Shown piece by piece: positions 62,055 to 64,000 of a DNA stretch of 64,000 nt. The stretch is from Opitutaceae bacterium (GTDB taxonomy: Bacteria > Verrucomicrobiota > Verrucomicrobiia > Opitutales > Opitutaceae), in the NCBI GenBank assembly GCA_049513315.1, contig JBEKWG010000004.1:52244-116243 (forward strand), given 5' to 3'. The notes below the pieces were generated by a model that saw only the letters and a program-made list of their open reading frames with translations, searched no databases and was not told where the DNA came from. Each line of letters begins with the position of its first letter. Within the stretch, counting starts at the first letter, position 1. The translations under genes and the position numbers were made by a program.

Positions 62055-63719
62055 TTACAGTTTCTCGTCCGCCACCGGCTGGTCGCGGCGGGTGTCGGGC
62101 AGGCCGGGGCAGTCGCGCGCGGCGAAGCCGTCGACGTTCTTCAGCACGACGGTCGGCACGCCGGACGCCGGCAGCGCCTTCACGTGGTCGAAGTCGGCGC
62201 CGGCCACGTCATCGAGGATGACTGAGGGCCGGAGGTCCTCCTTCAGCGTGCGCAGCTCCACGTGGTCGAGGGAAAGTCCCTGCACGTGGCGGGCAAACAT
62301 GCCCCACGATGGGATGGTGCCGAAGCGGCCCGGCTCGGGATACACCTTCTCGTCCTCCGGCACCGCGCGCGCGGCCTGCTCCTTCGTGCCGCCGCCCTTG
62401 TACTCGATGAGAATGTGGCTGAGCGTCACGTCCTCGAGGCGGTGGCCGGGGATGCCGGTGATGAGGATGCCGTGGTTGGGCGCGACGTCGTGCGCGACGA
62501 CATTGCTGATGATGATGCGGCGGGCGACGCCCACCGGCGGATTGTCCGGCCCGCGCAGCCGGGCGCCGAGGCGGATGAAGATCGGCGCGTTCACGATGTC
62601 GCGCATCGTGAGGTTCGTGACTGTCACGTCTTCCATCCAGCCGCCGTCCACCTCCTCGAGGGCGAGGCCGCTGGAATACACAAAGACGCAGTTGGCGATG
62701 GTGATATTCTTGAACCCGCCATTGGCCTCGGTGCCGAACTTGATGCGGCCGGTCGGTCCGCCGCGGCCCGGCGGCTTGGGTTTCATCGTGCCGTCGAGCA
62801 ACGAGCCCTCGTCGAAGCCGCTCACCTGGCAGCCGGTGATGCTGACGTTCTCCGTCGCGCGGACATAGCCGAGCCCGAAGCACGCTTTCAGGCAGATGCC
62901 GTCGTCATACGGCGAGTTGACCGTGCAGTTGGAGACGCGGACATTCCGGCAGCAGTCGATGTCCATGCCGTCGCGGTTCGTGTCGATCTTGAGGTTGTCG
63001 ATCGTGAAGTTGTCGGTGCCGATGGCGAGGATGCCGAAGTGACCGCCGTGGAAGATGGTGAAATCGCGCAGGATGACGTTGCGGCAGTTCTTGAGCGCGA
63101 TGGCCTTGTTGCCGACGCCGGCTGCGAGCGTGTCGCGCGGACTTGGATAGCCAAAGGGGATCGTCGCGGTGCCTTCGTCCAGCGGCGGAAGCGTCGGCCG
63201 GGGCGGCCGCGGCTCACCGGGCAGCGGATCCTTGCGGCCGTACCCGCGGCTCAGGCCTTTGCCGACAATCCGGCCCGGGCCGAGGATCGACACGTTTTCC
63301 AGACCCTCACCCCAAATCAGGCTGTTGTGCCAGTGGGTGTGGCCGAAGTCCTGATACTTGTCCCACGCGTTCGGCTCGGGCGCGTCGTAGCCGCCCGGCG
63401 TGCCGGCCGGCGGCGGGTCGGCGGCGAGGATTGTGGCGCCCTGGTCGAGATACAACGCGACGTTGCTCTTCAGGTGGATCGAGTAGCTCGCATACGTGCC
63501 GGCGGGAAAAACCACCGTGCCGCCACCCGCGGCTGCCGCGGCGTCGATCGCCTTGTTGATCGCATCGGTGTCGAGCGCCTTGCCATCGCCGATGGCGCCG
63601 TACGCGCGGACGTCGTAGGTGCGGGCCGCCGGTTGTGACAGCGTGCTGCAGCCGGCCAGCCCGGCGCCGAGCAGCAGCAGGACCAATAAGTGACGAAGAC
63701 GGGACGATGAGAAACGCAT
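62055..63719 (-). CDS. GH28 pectin-active glycosidase (exo-polygalacturonase/rhamnogalacturonase-like), predicted lipoprotein
   Basis: 554 aa from the ATG at 63719 (MRFSSSRLRHLLVLLLLGAGLAGC). Motifs: YGAIGDGKALDTDAINKAIDAA, NRDGMDIDCCRNVRVSNC, YDDGICLK, RIKFGTE, on a parallel beta-helix repeat pattern. Confidence 0.85.
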   Translation of the reverse strand: MRFSSSRLRHLLVLLLLGAGLAGCSTLSQPAARTYDVRAYGAIGDGKALDTDAINKAIDAAAAAGGGTVVFPAGTYASYSIHLKSNVALYLDQGATILAADPPPAGTPGGYDAPEPNAWDKYQDFGHTHWHNSLIWGEGLENVSILGPGRIVGKGLSRGYGRKDPLPGEPRPPRPTLPPLDEGTATIPFGYPSPRDTLAAGVGNKAIALKNCRNVILRDFTIFHGGHFGILAIGTDNFTIDNLKIDTNRDGMDIDCCRNVRVSNCTVNSPYDDGICLKACFGLGYVRATENVSITGCQVSGFDEGSLLDGTMKPKPPGRGGPTGRIKFGTEANGGFKNITIANCVFVYSSGLALEEVDGGWMEDVTVTNLTMRDIVNAPIFIRLGARLRGPDNPPVGVARRIIISNVVAHDVAPNHGILITGIPGHRLEDVTLSHILIEYKGGGTKEQAARAVPEDEKVYPEPGRFGTIPSWGMFARHVQGLSLDHVELRTLKEDLRPSVILDDVAGADFDHVKALPASGVPTVVLKNVDGFAARDCPGLPDTRRDQPVADEKL

Positions 63720-63773
63720 GGGAAAAACGTGAAAGGATTCCGCGCGATTGCCAGTCACGAATCAAGCCCGGCG

Positions 63774-64000
63774 TCAGCGCGCATCGCCGCGCTCATCCGG
63801 GAGCGGGTCTTCCTCGGGCGCGGTGCCGTCGGGACGCGTGATGGTGAAATGGCCGCGCAAACGGATGTCCTCCGACGAGGCGCCGATCATCACGGTGAAA
63901 CGCCCTGGCTCGACGGTCCAGCGGTTGCTGCGGTCGTACAGCGCGAGATGCTCCGGCTCGAGCGTGAAGGTCACCGGGCGCGTTTCGCCCGGCGCCAGAC
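63774..64000 (-). CDS. C-terminal fragment of a GH3-type glycosidase (FnIII-like terminal domain); gene continues beyond the window
   Basis: The frame is open to the window edge. The ending ...LAPGETRPVTFTLEPEHLALYDRSNRWTVEPGRFTVMIGASSEDIRLRGHFTI is the typical last domain of GH3 beta-glucosidases/xylosidases. Confidence 0.6.
   Translation of the reverse strand, partial: LAPGETRPVTFTLEPEHLALYDRSNRWTVEPGRFTVMIGASSEDIRLRGHFTITRPDGTAPEEDPLPDERGDAR

Noticed and set aside
62041-62056. 8-bp tandem duplication CAGCCGTT-CAGCCGTT between the convergent GH29 and GH28 genes
   Set aside because: It is a single short duplication overlapping the GH28 stop codon, with no stem-loop potential. It is most simply a replication-slippage footprint.

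Overview
This 64-kb, high-G+C window is almost entirely a plant-cell-wall glycan utilisation super-cluster. I did not compute G+C for the whole window. The 60-nt blocks I counted in coding regions were 60-68% G+C.

The gene content and style suggest a Verrucomicrobiota (Opitutaceae-like) or similar Gram-negative genome. The cues are an ECF sigma factor paired with a Ser/Thr kinase, NHL and Ig-like modules, a PEP-CTERM-like tail, and Tat and lipoprotein signals. This taxonomic placement is inference only.

I support about 37 protein-coding genes. About 33 of them lie head-to-tail on the minus strand between nt 864 and 59208. I see no rRNA, tRNA, CRISPR array, transposase or integrase.

Reading the minus strand in transcription order (high to low coordinates), the content is:
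- **Rhamnose/rhamnogalacturonan-I block (about 62-44 kb):** a divergently transcribed LacI-family regulator, a sodium:solute symporter, rhaM, a 928-aa Tat-signal protein (possibly PL26/YetA-like), GH78, an uncharacterised 1111-aa secreted protein, and two tandem CE12 acetylesterase paralogues. GH29 and GH28 flank the block.
- **Xyloglucan-like block (about 43-30 kb):** a GH43-like protein, a GH12 lipoprotein, GH2, a CE12 didomain esterase, GH31 with a PA14 insert, GH127 and GH3.
- **Arabinan/arabinogalactan block (about 29-19 kb):** a GH35-like protein, GH39, DUF2264, GH51, two GH43-type proteins and GH97.
- **ECF sigma / Ser-Thr kinase / TonB-dependent receptor module (19-13 kb).**
- **Arabinanase block (13-5.7 kb).** It includes one continuous 3.4-kb ORF in which a GH43-NHL-Ig protein runs in frame into a second complete GH43 arabinanase.
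- **GH27 and a cytoplasmic GH112 phosphorylase.**
- **The 3' end of dctA**, on the plus strand.

The items most worth a second look are:
- the welded double-arabinanase ORF;
- the sigma/kinase/TBDT module, which could be an unconventional glycan sensor;
- the 1111-aa and 928-aa proteins of unknown function in the RG-I operon;
- an AT-rich single-gene island carrying a possible HEPN-like protein;
- a GH2 gene relic;
- a family of short tandem 7-9-mer and inverted-repeat intergenic elements.

All family assignments come from motif recognition by eye. No database search was run.
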